Assembly: GCA_964621755.1 (NCBI GenBank)
Contig: CAZUPI010000007.1
Location: forward strand, 7,016-71,015
DNA from: an uncultured Ruminococcus sp.
GTDB lineage: Bacteria; Bacillota; Clostridia; Oscillospirales; CAG-272
DNA: 64,000 nucleotides
Direction of reading: 5' to 3'
The number at the start of each line of letters is the position of its first letter. The stretch's first letter is position 1. The notes under the pieces were generated by a model, which saw only the letters and a program-made list of their open reading frames with translations, did not search any database and had not been told where the DNA came from. The translations under genes were made by a program, and so were the position numbers. Below, piece by piece: positions 25,776 to 36,079 of the stretch.

Positions 25776-27730
25776 CAGCGAACACGCTCTCCATTCGGGG
25801 TTTCAGGGTCAAGGAATACTACGCGGACGGTTTCCTCACCTGAAGCCAGAATCATGCCGTTGGACTCGATGCCGCAGAGAACTGCCGGTTTGAGGTTCGA
25901 TACCACGATAATCTTCTTGCCGACAAGTGCTTCCGGTTCGTAGTACTTCGCGATACCGGACACGACTGTGCGCTCCTCCCATCCGAGGTCGACGGTCAAT
26001 TTGAGGAGTTTCTTCGCCTTCGGAACCTTTTCACAGGCTTTGATTTCTGCGGTGCGGAGGTCGACGTTCATAAAGTCGTCAATCCCAATCTGCGCGACTC
26101 CCTCCGGTTTCTCGACCGAGGGTTTATTCGCCTTAGCAGCCTCCTCCTCTCCTTCTTTCTTTGAAGCTTCGATTTCTGCCATGAACTTCGCTTCGTCGAT
26201 TCTCTGGAACAAGGGAGCGGCTTCGCAGACTGTCTTACCGGATTCGAGTCCGCCGAAAGTAAAGATGGAATCAAAATCGCGGACGTCGGAGTTAATTTCC
26301 GCGAAAATGGTGTCGGAGGTAGCCGGAATTAGGGACTGGAGCATGACCGCGCCGATGCGGATAACTTCGAGAAGGTTGTAAATTACGGTGCGCAGTCTCG
26401 GCAGGGTGTCTTCCGATTTGGCAAGCGTCCACGGCGTTGTCTCGTCGATATACTTGTTAGCGCGGCGGAGCATGGTGAAAACTTCGGCGCAGGCATCCGC
26501 GATATGGAGAGAATCCATATTTTCGACATATGCCTTAACAGCAGCGGAAGCAGCAGCTTTCAGTTCGTCGTCGGTACCTTCTTCCTCACCGGGGGCAGGG
26601 ATAACGCCGTCGAAGTACTTTTTGGTCATGGCGACGGTGCGGTTGACAAGGTTGCCGAGGTTGTTAGCAAGGTCTGTATTATAGCGGTTGATGATGGCCT
26701 CGTAAGTGATGGAGCCATCGGACGCATAAGGCATTTCGGAGAGAGCATAGTAGCGCACGCCGTCGACGGTGAACTTTTTGGCGAGGTCATCGGCATAGAT
26801 AACGTTGCCGCGGGACTTGGACATTTTATCGGCGCCAAAGTTGAACCACGGATGGCCGAACACTTTTTTCGGCAGAGACAAGTCAAGAGACATAAGGAAG
26901 ATGGGCCAGTAAATGGAGTGGAAGCGGACGATATCCTTACCAATCATGTGGATATCGGCAGGCCAATATTTTTGGAAGGATTCCGGTTGTACTTCATTAT
27001 CAGGGTCGTAGCCGAGCGCGGTGATATAGTTTGACAGCGCATCGAGCCAGACGTAGGTGACGTGCTTATCGTCGAAGTCAACGGGGATACCCCACTTGAA
27101 GCTGGTTCTGGAGACGCACAGGTCCTGAAGCCCCGGCTTGAGGAAGTTGTTCACCATCTCTTTACGGCGGGATTCAGGCTCTATAAAGTCGGGATTTTCC
27201 TCGATATATTTTATTAAGCGGTCCGCGTACTTGCTCATTTTGAAGTAGTAGGCCTCTTCTTTTGTCAGCTGTACTTCACGGCCGCAGTCGGGACACTTGC
27301 CGTCCTTGAGCTGAGTTTCGGTGAAGAAAGACTCACACGGTGTACAGTACCACCCTTCATAGTGTCCTTTATAGATGTCGCCTTTTTCATACATTTTGCG
27401 GAAGATGTGCGCGACAGCCTTCTCATGATAGTCATCGGTTGTGCGGATAAAGTGGTCATAACTGATGTTCATGAGGTCCCAGATTGCGCGAATCTGGCCG
27501 GCGATGTTATCGACATACTGCTTCGGCGTGATACCGGCTTCGTTTGCCTTATTCTCGATTTTCTGCCCATGCTCGTCGGTTCCGGTACAGAAGAAAACAT
27601 CAAATCCGCGCTGTCTCTTATATCGCGCGATAGCATCGGTTGCAATAATCTCATAGGTATTTCCAATATGCGGCTTTGTAGAAGCATACGCAATCGCAGT
27701 TGTTATATAGAATTTTTCTTTTTCAGCCAT
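25775..27730 (-). CDS. metG: Methionine--tRNA ligase with C-terminal tRNA-binding domain
   Basis: HIGN (HIGH-like) and KMSKS motifs; 651 aa. Confidence 0.95.
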   Translation of the reverse strand: MAEKEKFYITTAIAYASTKPHIGNTYEIIATDAIARYKRQRGFDVFFCTGTDEHGQKIENKANEAGITPKQYVDNIAGQIRAIWDLMNISYDHFIRTTDDYHEKAVAHIFRKMYEKGDIYKGHYEGWYCTPCESFFTETQLKDGKCPDCGREVQLTKEEAYYFKMSKYADRLIKYIEENPDFIEPESRRKEMVNNFLKPGLQDLCVSRTSFKWGIPVDFDDKHVTYVWLDALSNYITALGYDPDNEVQPESFQKYWPADIHMIGKDIVRFHSIYWPIFLMSLDLSLPKKVFGHPWFNFGADKMSKSRGNVIYADDLAKKFTVDGVRYYALSEMPYASDGSITYEAIINRYNTDLANNLGNLVNRTVAMTKKYFDGVIPAPGEEEGTDDELKAAASAAVKAYVENMDSLHIADACAEVFTMLRRANKYIDETTPWTLAKSEDTLPRLRTVIYNLLEVIRIGAVMLQSLIPATSDTIFAEINSDVRDFDSIFTFGGLESGKTVCEAAPLFQRIDEAKFMAEIEASKKEGEEEAAKANKPSVEKPEGVAQIGIDDFMNVDLRTAEIKACEKVPKAKKLLKLTVDLGWEERTVVSGIAKYYEPEALVGKKIIVVSNLKPAVLCGIESNGMILASGEETVRVVFLDPETPNGERVR

Positions 27731-27807
27731 AATGCTCTCCTTGTTTGGTTTGTATTTGGGAACAGGATAGAATTTTAAAAATCACACATGCTGTCCCCTT
27801 CCGTTCA

Positions 27808-28956
27808 TTATATTTTCTCTCCGTTGACCCATACTGATTGAATCGTTGGGGCTTTTTTATCATTTATCATGAGGAAGTCCGCGCGGTGATTGGGGGCAAT
27901 GCTGCCGCATGTGCCGGCGATTCCGACCATAGATGCGGGGTTGGAGGTTGCGCAGGGGAGGGCTTCCTCAAGTGATTTGCCGGTGAATTTCATAAAGTTA
28001 CAGAGAGCAGTGAAAAGGTCGAGAGTACTGCCTGCGAGGGCGCCTTCGACGGTTACTGCGCGTCCATTTTTCACAATTACGGGCAGACCGGCTATGGAGT
28101 ACTCGCCGTCGGCGCATCCTGCCGCTTCCATGGAGTCTGTTATCAGGACGAGGCGGTCGGCGGGCTTAGCGCGGCTTGCGAGCGCTATCATCGCGGGATG
28201 GGAATGTTCACCGTCGCAAATCAACTCAGTGTAGGCGCTGTCGCACATCAGAGACGCTATCATGTTGCCCGGCTCCCTGTGATGGATGGGGCGCATGGCG
28301 TTAAAGGTGTGCGTAAATGAGGTCACTCCCCATTTCACGGCGTTCATCGCTTCCTCAAAGGTAGCGTTACTGTGCGCCATACCGCAGGTTGCGCCAAGCG
28401 CTTTGGCGGTGCGGACAAATGTTTCGCCTCCCTCAAGTTCACACGCAGATGAAACGTGAACAGGGAGTGGAAGCATTCGCATAATCAACCCCTTGAGCTC
28501 CTCGGAGTTGAGAGGGAACAGCAGATTTTCCGCGTGGGCGCCGCGTCGGCTGGGGTTGAGGTAGCGTCCCTCGAGGTGGATGCCGGCGATGGTTGCCATG
28601 CTGGGCTCCGGCGTACGATTTTTGTTGATTGCTTCGATTGACGAAACAAGACTATCGTACTCTGCGGATGCAAGCGTTGCCATAATGGTAGTGGTTCCCG
28701 CAGCGGCATACGATTTCCTAAGTGCACGGCAGTCCTCTTCGTTTGCAAAGTTAAAGTCGTGACGGGTGCGTCCGTGCGTATGCACATCCACCAGTCCAGG
28801 CAGAATGTAAAGCCCGGTGCAGTCGACGGTAGGCATTGGCTCGTTTCCACGGTAATCGGTATCTGTTATCACACCGTCTTTTACGAGAATATCGGTTTTC
28901 ACAAATTTACGCAGGTCGGTCGAGTAGACGAGCCCGCCGGAAAATACAGTATACAT
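27808..28956 (-). CDS. nagA: N-acetylglucosamine-6-phosphate deacetylase
   Basis: LPGLVDVHTHG and GIHLEGRYLNPSRRGAH motifs; 382 aa. Confidence 0.85.
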   Translation of the reverse strand: MYTVFSGGLVYSTDLRKFVKTDILVKDGVITDTDYRGNEPMPTVDCTGLYILPGLVDVHTHGRTRHDFNFANEEDCRALRKSYAAAGTTTIMATLASAEYDSLVSSIEAINKNRTPEPSMATIAGIHLEGRYLNPSRRGAHAENLLFPLNSEELKGLIMRMLPLPVHVSSACELEGGETFVRTAKALGATCGMAHSNATFEEAMNAVKWGVTSFTHTFNAMRPIHHREPGNMIASLMCDSAYTELICDGEHSHPAMIALASRAKPADRLVLITDSMEAAGCADGEYSIAGLPVIVKNGRAVTVEGALAGSTLDLFTALCNFMKFTGKSLEEALPCATSNPASMVGIAGTCGSIAPNHRADFLMINDKKAPTIQSVWVNGEKI

Positions 28957-29220
28957 TACAGCTCCCTCGTTTTTACATAGTATAAATTTTCCTATTTTGT
29001 ATTATTACATTATAACAGAAAAACGTCCCATTTACAAGACGTTTTTACTATGCGTTTTATACAGGAATTGAAAAAATATATAGTTTCAAAGTGGAATAAT
29101 TGTCCAAAAACTCATAAAACTCGTTCAAAAATTTTCGTGAAATAATGTTCTGCGCCCCAAACAAACATACTTTTATACTTCATTTTACGAACATATGAAC
29201 AGCTTAAAAAGTTTTAAAGA

Positions 29221-29246
29221 GGGGACACTTTCTCAAAAGTGTCCCC
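29221..29246 (-). terminator. Hairpin terminator downstream of the sulfatase gene
   Basis: GGGGACACTTT-ctc-AAAAGTGTCCCC. Confidence 0.65.
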
Positions 29247-29267
29247 AACATTCTCATGTAAAAAGAG

Positions 29268-30623
29268 TCATATTCCCATCCCGCATTGCCATTCGACCCA
29301 GCCGGAGGCAAAGGGGTCGCTGCGGCGTTTGAGTTCGGCGATGAGGGTCTTGCCCAGTTCACGCATGATGTCTTTGTAGCGGGGGTCGGAAGCGAGATTA
29401 TGAAGCTCACCTGGGTCGGAGGCGAGGTCGTAGAATTCGTCCATATCGGTGAGATTCCAGATGTATTTGTATTTTTCTGTACGGATGCCGCGCTGGGTGA
29501 ACAGGCCAAACTGCTGACCATTTGATGTGAAGACCGCAAAGTCGGGAGTTTCTGTACCGTCGGTGTAGTCTGTGACGGGTCGACCGTGGCGGGGGCTTTC
29601 GGGAGTCAGACCTGCGAGCTTTTCGACCGTCGGGGCGATATCGAGCGTATTGCAGCAGAATTTATCGATGACACCACGTCCGAGCGCGGGGTGACGTACT
29701 ACGAACGGCACGTGTACAACATCGTCATATAGGATGTAGTGCTTGTCCATCATGCCGTGACTGCCGCATGTGTCACCGTGGTCCGCGGTTAGGAGGATGA
29801 GAGTGTTGTCGTACTCGCCGGTCGCACGGAGGGCGTCGATGATCTGACCGATTGCCGCGTCGGTCTGCGATATCATGCCGAAATAGCGCGCGACTGTGGG
29901 GGCGAAATCCTCCCATTTTTTATTTTCAAGGTGCCAGTTTTCGATTTGCTTCTTCTGGATGTAGGGCTTGTTTTCGAAGGTGTCGCCGAAGCCGCTCCAT
30001 GGGGTCATGTCCTCCGCTTTGTACATGGTATCGAAGGGGGCGGAAGGGCGGCACGGCAGGTGCGGGTCGGTGATGTCGACCCAGAGGTGCCACGGTTCAC
30101 CCGCGTTTTCGCGAATGAAGTCGGCGGCGGAGCGGCAGATGCGATAGGTTTTGGTATCCTCGAAGGCAATCGGATTGGACGCACCGAACCAGCCGCCATC
30201 GTATTGGATGCTGCCATATTTTTCGTTTATCTCACGGGCGTACGCGCCGCCATCGAAGATTGTCTCGTAGCCGAAGGCGTTTTCATTGCCGAGTGGGGAG
30301 GCATCCCAGTGACCAGCAAAGGCGCATTTCCAGCCATTCTCGTGCAGTTCCGACACCCATGTGGGCTTTGTGGGGTCCGCACCGTTTGTCTTGATAAAGT
30401 TATAGTTGAACAGCGCGCCGATGGAGTCAGGCTGGACGCCGGTGAGCATCGATTGACGAGACGGCGCACATACGGGAAGGGGAGAGTAGGCATTTCGGAA
30501 GTATAAGCCGTCAGCGGCAAGGGCATCCATTACGGGGGTCTTGACCGGATAGACGCCAGAGAAGCCGACTGAGTCATAGCGAAGCTGGTCGCAGACGATG
30601 AGGAGAATATTTGGTTTTGACAT
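29268..30623 (-). CDS. Sulfatase (Cys-type formylglycine sulfatase family)
   Basis: ILLIVCDQLR and the CAPSRQSMLTG (C-x-P-x-R) signature. It appears cytoplasmic (no signal peptide). Confidence 0.85.
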   Translation of the reverse strand: MSKPNILLIVCDQLRYDSVGFSGVYPVKTPVMDALAADGLYFRNAYSPLPVCAPSRQSMLTGVQPDSIGALFNYNFIKTNGADPTKPTWVSELHENGWKCAFAGHWDASPLGNENAFGYETIFDGGAYAREINEKYGSIQYDGGWFGASNPIAFEDTKTYRICRSAADFIRENAGEPWHLWVDITDPHLPCRPSAPFDTMYKAEDMTPWSGFGDTFENKPYIQKKQIENWHLENKKWEDFAPTVARYFGMISQTDAAIGQIIDALRATGEYDNTLILLTADHGDTCGSHGMMDKHYILYDDVVHVPFVVRHPALGRGVIDKFCCNTLDIAPTVEKLAGLTPESPRHGRPVTDYTDGTETPDFAVFTSNGQQFGLFTQRGIRTEKYKYIWNLTDMDEFYDLASDPGELHNLASDPRYKDIMRELGKTLIAELKRRSDPFASGWVEWQCGMGI

Positions 30624-30758
30624 AACGGTACCTCATAAAATTTGCTATAGTTTGTATTAAGGAATACGGAGAAAAACCCCTTTCAACCCTTTTGGTCAGG
30701 GAGCAGCTTTTGCACCGACTTTGTTGCTATAACAGATTGAAAACTTTTGAAGGGGTTT

Positions 30759-30785
30759 GGGGAAACTTTTTTCAAAAGTTTCCCC
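30759..30785 (-). terminator. Hairpin terminator (GGGGAAACTTTT family)
   Basis: GGGGAAACTTTT-ttc-AAAAGTTTCCCC. Confidence 0.65.
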
Positions 30786-30837
30786 AAGTCGTATTCCCAA
30801 GTCGTCATATTCCCAAAGACGTATCCTGCATCCTCTA

Positions 30838-31755
30838 TCAGGAATTCTCAAGAATATATCGCGCGGCAGCCATGCCAGATTCGCTGCCGATTTTACCGTC
30901 TTCCATGCCCTCGAATTCGATGGAGATATAGCCATTGTAGCCTGCGTCACGGATGAAGCCGAGGGAAGCCCATACGTCGAGGTCACCCTGCGCGAGGATG
31001 GAGCCGCGGAGCATGTATTCGCCGGAATTTGAGGAGAACCAGCAACCGGAGTCGCAACGGAAGAGTCCGCCGTTTCCGGTGAGACGGTCGGCGCGCCGAA
31101 TGTAGAAGTCTTTGAGATGGACCATTTTTGCGTACGGAGCGCACTTTTTGACCGCAACGGTGCAGTTTTCGTCGACGCAGGCGAAGTTTCCGGTGTCGAG
31201 AAGAAGGCCGAAGTTGTCGCGACCGACCGCTTCGATGAGACGGATGACGCGGTCAGAGCCGTTGATAAAGAATCCGTGGTTTTCAACGAGAGTTGTGATG
31301 CCATACTGTGCGGCATAGTCAGCGAGTTCGCGGCAGCACTCGACGGCAATCGGGAACTCGCGCTCAAAGGCAGTGGGGGTGTTGGATTCGAGAGGACGGC
31401 GGAAAGAGGAGATGTCATGACGCATACGCGGGAGACCGAGCTTTGCGGCAACATCGATGTGGCGCTTCAGACGCTCGACTTCCGCACGGCGCTCGCTTTC
31501 GTCCTGCTTGAGAAGGTCGCCAAGAACGGCATAGTCGGAGAGGGGAAGGTCGATTTCACGAGAGAGGCTCTTGATGCCGGCGATGAGGGCTTCGTTGAAC
31601 TCGCCGGTCTGGTCGTCGTGCAGCGTGAAGCCGAAGGGGACAAGTTCGATGTGTTCCGCACCCTTTTCTTTTGCAAAACGCATCACCTCAAGCACCGACA
31701 TTTCGCCGCCGCAGATGTAGTTGTTCATGCTATAGCTGGTAAGACCGATTTTCAT
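30838..31755 (-). CDS. Sugar phosphate isomerase/epimerase (xylose-isomerase-like TIM barrel)
   Basis: The start was chosen at MKIGLTSYS with an AAAGGAAAC RBS. The HIELV, VENHG and SIEFEG pattern is typical of the AP-endonuclease-2/TIM family. Confidence 0.75.
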   Translation of the reverse strand: MKIGLTSYSMNNYICGGEMSVLEVMRFAKEKGAEHIELVPFGFTLHDDQTGEFNEALIAGIKSLSREIDLPLSDYAVLGDLLKQDESERRAEVERLKRHIDVAAKLGLPRMRHDISSFRRPLESNTPTAFEREFPIAVECCRELADYAAQYGITTLVENHGFFINGSDRVIRLIEAVGRDNFGLLLDTGNFACVDENCTVAVKKCAPYAKMVHLKDFYIRRADRLTGNGGLFRCDSGCWFSSNSGEYMLRGSILAQGDLDVWASLGFIRDAGYNGYISIEFEGMEDGKIGSESGMAAARYILENS

Positions 31756-31836
31756 TTTATAGTTTCCTTTCGTTGGTTGAATTATCATTGTATGGTTATG
31801 TATATAGTTGCGGGGTCCCTTCTTTTCCCAAGGCTA

Positions 31837-32715
31837 TCAGTCGTGATTAACAAGGGTGTAGACTTCATTTTTGGGGATGCCGCGGAGTTTTGCAACGGTT
31901 TTGACAGCTTCCATTTTTGACATGCCGCTGTCGATGAGGGAGGTTACGTGTGTGAGGATATCTTCGGGATAATCCGGAACTTGGGCTTCGGGCTTTGCAC
32001 CGGCTACGACTAAGACGTACTCGCCGCGCGGTTCTTTTCCTTCATATAATTTTATTGCTTCTGCGATGGTTGTGCGGCAGACTTCCTCATTCAGTTTTGT
32101 GATTTCACGGCAGAGGGAGATTTCGCGATCGCCGAAGTATTGGAGAAGGTCGGCGAGGGTTGTGCGAAGCTTATGAGGCGCTTCGTAGAGAATCATGGTG
32201 CGGGGCTCAGTGGAGAGCTCTATGAGGCGGTCGCGGCGTTCGCTCTTCGCGGTGCTGAGGAATCCCTCGAACGCGAAGCGTCCGGTTGGGAGTCCCGACA
32301 GGGTGAGAGCTGTGACTGCGGCACAGCAGCCGGGGATACTCGTGACACGGACACCGCGTTCGGCGCACAGTTTTACGATATCCTCTCCGGGATCGCTGAT
32401 AGCGGGCGTTCCGGCATCCGTAAGGAGAGCGCATGATTCGCCGCCCTCGATCCGATTTACGATAATCTCACCGCGCTCGCGCTTATTATGCTCAAAATAG
32501 CTTATCATCGGTTTTGAGATTCCGAATCGCGACAGCATCAGCCCCGTATTGCGTGTATCCTCAGCGGCAACAAAATCTACCTCAGACAGAACCTTCAGCG
32601 CACGCTCTGATATGTCAGCCAGATTTCCAATCGGAGTTGCCACAAGATACAGCACACCGCCTTCAACCGCATTTTTCTCAACTCGCGACACATTCCGTTT
32701 CTTCTGACAACTCAT
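31837..32715 (-). CDS. rsmI: 16S rRNA (cytidine1402-2'-O)-methyltransferase
   Basis: LYLVATPIGNLADIS motif. The start was chosen at 32715 (AAGGAAG RBS). Synteny with trmN6-like, ricT and holB as in Bacillus. Confidence 0.9.
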   Translation of the reverse strand: MSCQKKRNVSRVEKNAVEGGVLYLVATPIGNLADISERALKVLSEVDFVAAEDTRNTGLMLSRFGISKPMISYFEHNKRERGEIIVNRIEGGESCALLTDAGTPAISDPGEDIVKLCAERGVRVTSIPGCCAAVTALTLSGLPTGRFAFEGFLSTAKSERRDRLIELSTEPRTMILYEAPHKLRTTLADLLQYFGDREISLCREITKLNEEVCRTTIAEAIKLYEGKEPRGEYVLVVAGAKPEAQVPDYPEDILTHVTSLIDSGMSKMEAVKTVAKLRGIPKNEVYTLVNHD

Positions 32716-32798
32716 TTTATTCTCTTCCTTCTTTGATTTTTTGTTTATACATGGAGAGCCGCCCCTGAGACGGTTCATGAGAGATGAAAAGTTTTTGG

Positions 32799-32830
32799 GC
32801 AAGGGAGCTTTTTTCAAAAAGTCCCCTTGC
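32799..32830 (-). terminator. Hairpin between the methyltransferase gene and rsmI
   Basis: GCAAGGGAGCTTTTT-tc-AAAAAGTCCCCTTGC (one mismatch). Confidence 0.5.
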
Positions 32831-32833
32831 GCA

Positions 32834-33601
32834 TTAAAATAAATGCTCCATAGAAAAATCGTTATAAACTTGATGCATGTCGGGGGTATAGTGGCGGGTG
32901 GATTTATTGGGATAGATGATGAGTGGGCGGGAGATGTGGAGGGTAGAGGAGGCCCCTTTTTTAGCTTCGGTTAGGACGAGACAGGGTTTGTCTGTAGGGG
33001 TGGGGTATACGAAAATGGCGCGCTTTGGCTCAAGAGAATTTGCACGCATGGCGCATATCAGGTCGGCAAAGCGGTCTGGACGATAGACGGTTGTAAAGTA
33101 TCCACCCCATTTGAGAAGGCGTCCTGCCGCGGCGCAGAAGTCGGCGATGGTTCCGTTTTCTTCACGACGCGCGGTGTTCATTTCGGAAGTAGCATTCGTT
33201 TTTCCGCTGTCAGTTTTCATGTACGGGGGATTTGAGAGGACTGCGGCGACTTCTCCGCCGAAGGAGGCGGGAGAGAGTGTACGGATGTCGGCGCAGAAGG
33301 AGTGAACGCGTTCGGAGAGAGCGTTTAAGGCAGCATTGCGAGCGATGAGGTCCGCAAAATAAGGTTGGATTTCGGCAGCGTGGATTTGAGCGAATTTTTC
33401 GCGTGACGCTGCGAGGAGGGAAACGACGCCTGTTCCGCCGCCAAGTTCGATGCAGGTCTCGTGCGGCGCGGGTCTTGCGAATGCCGCAAGAAGGTAGCTG
33501 TCGGTCCCGAAGGTAAGGCCGCTTTTGGACTGGATGAGGGAGAGGGACTCGTTGATTTCGTCCAGCCGTTCGTTGGCGGGGTTATATGGAATGTTGTTCA
33601 C
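32834..33601 (-). CDS. N6-adenine methyltransferase, tRNA1(Val) m6A37 TrmN6/YabB-like
   Basis: SAM-binding ELGGGTGV and catalytic SNPPYM motifs. Its position matches B. subtilis yabB. Confidence 0.75.
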   Translation of the reverse strand: MNNIPYNPANERLDEINESLSLIQSKSGLTFGTDSYLLAAFARPAPHETCIELGGGTGVVSLLAASREKFAQIHAAEIQPYFADLIARNAALNALSERVHSFCADIRTLSPASFGGEVAAVLSNPPYMKTDSGKTNATSEMNTARREENGTIADFCAAAGRLLKWGGYFTTVYRPDRFADLICAMRANSLEPKRAIFVYPTPTDKPCLVLTEAKKGASSTLHISRPLIIYPNKSTRHYTPDMHQVYNDFSMEHLF

Positions 33602-33834
33602 ATGATTCTCCTGATTCAGGTGTTTACGCGGATTTCACGGCAAGGGATGGCTTTGCGGGAGACGCCGTTTTTGTCGGGATAATATAAAATCACTGTAAAA
33701 CATGAGGGCGACATGGTCATCAAGAGGGAGAATTTGCGGATTGCCGCCCGCGCCGTCCCATTCATGAAAGATTGGGTTTGTCATGGGAATATTGGCCGTT
33801 TTCGGGGTTGATGTGTCCTTCTCTGGGAACGGCA

Positions 33835-33858
33835 AAGGGGAGACTGACGTCTCCCCTT
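33835..33858 (-). terminator. Intrinsic terminator downstream of the ferredoxin gene
   Basis: AAGGGGAGAC-tgac-GTCTCCCCTT, followed by TTTGCC on the minus strand. Confidence 0.65.
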
Positions 33859-33897
33859 GTGTTATGTTATGAATTGCCGATTATGTCCGTATCTGAA

Positions 33898-34071
33898 TTA
33901 TTCTTCAGGTTGGGGAGCGTCAACGGGACATACACCCGCGCAGGCACCGCATTCGAGACATTCGTCGGGATTGATAACGTACTTACCGTCCTTTTCGGTA
34001 ATACATTCTACAGGACATTCAGCAGCGCAGGAACCGCAGCCGATGCAGTCATCACCAATTTTGTAAGCCAT
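33898..34071 (-). CDS. 2x[4Fe-4S] ferredoxin (57 aa; below the ORF-track size cutoff)
   Basis: Manual translation: MAYKIGDDCIGCGSCAAECPVECITEKDGKYVINPDECLECGACAGVCPVDAPQPEE. It has two CxxCxxCxxxCP motifs and a GGAGGTG RBS. Confidence 0.85.
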   Translation of the reverse strand: MAYKIGDDCIGCGSCAAECPVECITEKDGKYVINPDECLECGACAGVCPVDAPQPEE

Positions 34072-34192
34072 TCTGAAAACACCTCCGTTTCAAGATACCT
34101 TATTCTATCATATCTTTGACGTAAATTAAATAGGTTTTCGAAAAAAATTTAAAAAAATTTATTGTAAATACAACTATTTTTTATAATTCAAC

Positions 34193-35044
34193 TTACGATT
34201 CGTGCTTCCCCACTTTTAATACCGTGACGTCATCGCGGTGATACGGCTTAACGCCGTCCTCCAGCTTTACTTTAATAAAGCCTGTCAGCGGGCTGATTTC
34301 CGTTACTACGCCGATTCCGTCTGCTGTCTTAACCGTGGAATCGACCGGCGGGGTTTTCGCGATTTCCTCCTCATAGGTTTCGTGCTCGTACCGCAGGCAG
34401 CACATGAGTCTACCGCATGTCCCCGAGATTTTGGATGAGTTCAGGGAGAGGTTCTGTTCTTTTGCCATTTTTATGGACACTTGTACAAAATCCGATAAGA
34501 AGCTGCAGCAGCAGAACGGTCTGCCGCAGACACCGAGTCCGCCCATCATTTTTGCCTCATCGCGGATACCGATCTGGCGGAGTTCGATTCTGGTGCGGAA
34601 CACGGACGCGAGGTCTTTGACGAGGTCGCGGAAGTCCACACGGTTTTCAGAGGCGAAGTAGAACAGGAGCTTGCTGTTATCGAAGGTGTATTCTGCTTCA
34701 ATCAGCTTCATGTCGAGGTTATGTTCGGCGGTCTTTGTATGCCAAACTGCAAAGGCTTCCGCTTCGAGCTGCTTGTTATGCTCATAATGCGCCTTATCCT
34801 CGTCGGTTGCCACGCGAATCACAGGGCGGAGGGGCGGCACGATTTTGGAGGTCGGTACGTATTGATTTCCGGATGCGACAAAGCCGAATTCGATGCCGCG
34901 TGCGGTTTCGACGATGACGTTATCGCCGGAATCGACGTGGAATCCAACTGGGTCGAAGTAGTAGACTTTGCCTGCGTTGCGGAAGCGGACGCTGACGATT
35001 TCAGTCGTATCGTTGGTAATTTCGGGTATGGTTTCGTTGTTCAT
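34193..35044 (-). CDS. ricT: PSP1 domain protein RicT/YaaT
   Basis: VSVRFRNAGKVYYFDP...VIVETARGIEFG N-terminus and a Cys cluster (GVCGRPFCCCSF...GTCGRLMCCLRYE). It follows holB as in Bacillus. Confidence 0.9.
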   Translation of the reverse strand: MNNETIPEITNDTTEIVSVRFRNAGKVYYFDPVGFHVDSGDNVIVETARGIEFGFVASGNQYVPTSKIVPPLRPVIRVATDEDKAHYEHNKQLEAEAFAVWHTKTAEHNLDMKLIEAEYTFDNSKLLFYFASENRVDFRDLVKDLASVFRTRIELRQIGIRDEAKMMGGLGVCGRPFCCCSFLSDFVQVSIKMAKEQNLSLNSSKISGTCGRLMCCLRYEHETYEEEIAKTPPVDSTVKTADGIGVVTEISPLTGFIKVKLEDGVKPYHRDDVTVLKVGKHES

Positions 35045-35083
35045 CTATTATTTTCTCCGTTTATTTCGGTTTCAGATTTATTT

Positions 35084-36079
35084 TCAGCTGCCGCAGACGA
35101 GGGCGGTCATGATGGTATTTTGCGAGCCGTTTGCAGCGATATCGGATTCCGCGCGTCCGACTGCTTCCGAGAGGTCGATTATTCGTTTGACGGACAGCTT
35201 TTTGACGTACGCGGGGGGCGCGGTGAAAAAGAGCAGGTCTCCGCCGCGCTTGGCGGAGAGGATATCGCGCAGTGCAAACCGTACAAGGGTGAGCAGCTCG
35301 CGTGTTTTTTCGCGTTCCTTTGGGGTATTCGCGGCAATATAGGCGAGGGCGTCGGACTTTCTGCCGTTCAGGAGGAGTCCGGTGAAATCCTCGGACATTT
35401 TGTATAGGGAGAGCTCGGCGTCTCCGTTTTTCAGGAGAGCAAGCGCGGAACCGAGCGAGCCGCCGCAAAGGTGGGAGGCTGCGGATATACGTTCACGCTG
35501 CACCGGAGTGAGGTTTTTCTGACTATTGAGATATTCCGCCACAAAGGCAGGGGAAAAAAGCTCTGTTTTGATGACAGGCGCGCGGCTGCGGACGGTTTCG
35601 AGGAGCAAGGTTGCATCCTCGGTGAGAAGAAGGAACATGACGTACGACGGCGGCTCCTCAAGGGAGAGGAGAAGCGCATTTTGTGCCTGCGCGGTCATGA
35701 GGTGTGCGTTTTCGATGATATATATTTTTCGGTCGCCGTCGTTTGGCGCGATGTAGAGGCTCTGGCGTATCTGGCGAATCGATTCTACGCCGATGGACGC
35801 ACGGTCGCCGTTTGTAACGGTCATGACGTCGACGGAGAGGTTGTCGGCGATTTTGCGGCATGTTGCACATGTACCGCAGGGGAGAGGGCGGCCGTCATCT
35901 TCGCGGTTCTCGCACAGCAAGGCTTGGCAGATGTATTTTGCAATCGTGTGTTTGCCGGAACCGGCAGGGCCGTCTATGATATACGCGTGTGCGCACTTTC
36001 CGGAAGCGAAGTCAAACGAGAGCGTTTCTTTCAAGTTGGCGTTTCCAATTAATCCGCCAAAAACCTCACGCGTTTTCAT
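35084..36079 (-). CDS. holB: DNA polymerase III subunit delta'
   Basis: AHAYIIDGPAGSGKHT Walker-like motif and zinc module CGTCATCRKI. The start could be 36079 or 36094. Confidence 0.85.
   Translation of the reverse strand: MKTREVFGGLIGNANLKETLSFDFASGKCAHAYIIDGPAGSGKHTIAKYICQALLCENREDDGRPLPCGTCATCRKIADNLSVDVMTVTNGDRASIGVESIRQIRQSLYIAPNDGDRKIYIIENAHLMTAQAQNALLLSLEEPPSYVMFLLLTEDATLLLETVRSRAPVIKTELFSPAFVAEYLNSQKNLTPVQRERISAASHLCGGSLGSALALLKNGDAELSLYKMSEDFTGLLLNGRKSDALAYIAANTPKEREKTRELLTLVRFALRDILSAKRGGDLLFFTAPPAYVKKLSVKRIIDLSEAVGRAESDIAANGSQNTIMTALVCGS

Noticed and set aside
33635-33835. 66-aa minus-strand ORF in the gap between the ferredoxin gene and the methyltransferase gene
   Set aside because: It starts inside the ferredoxin terminator hairpin, has no RBS and no recognisable motif, and its composition is atypical. 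It was left as non-coding, although the gap of about 230 bp is unexplained.
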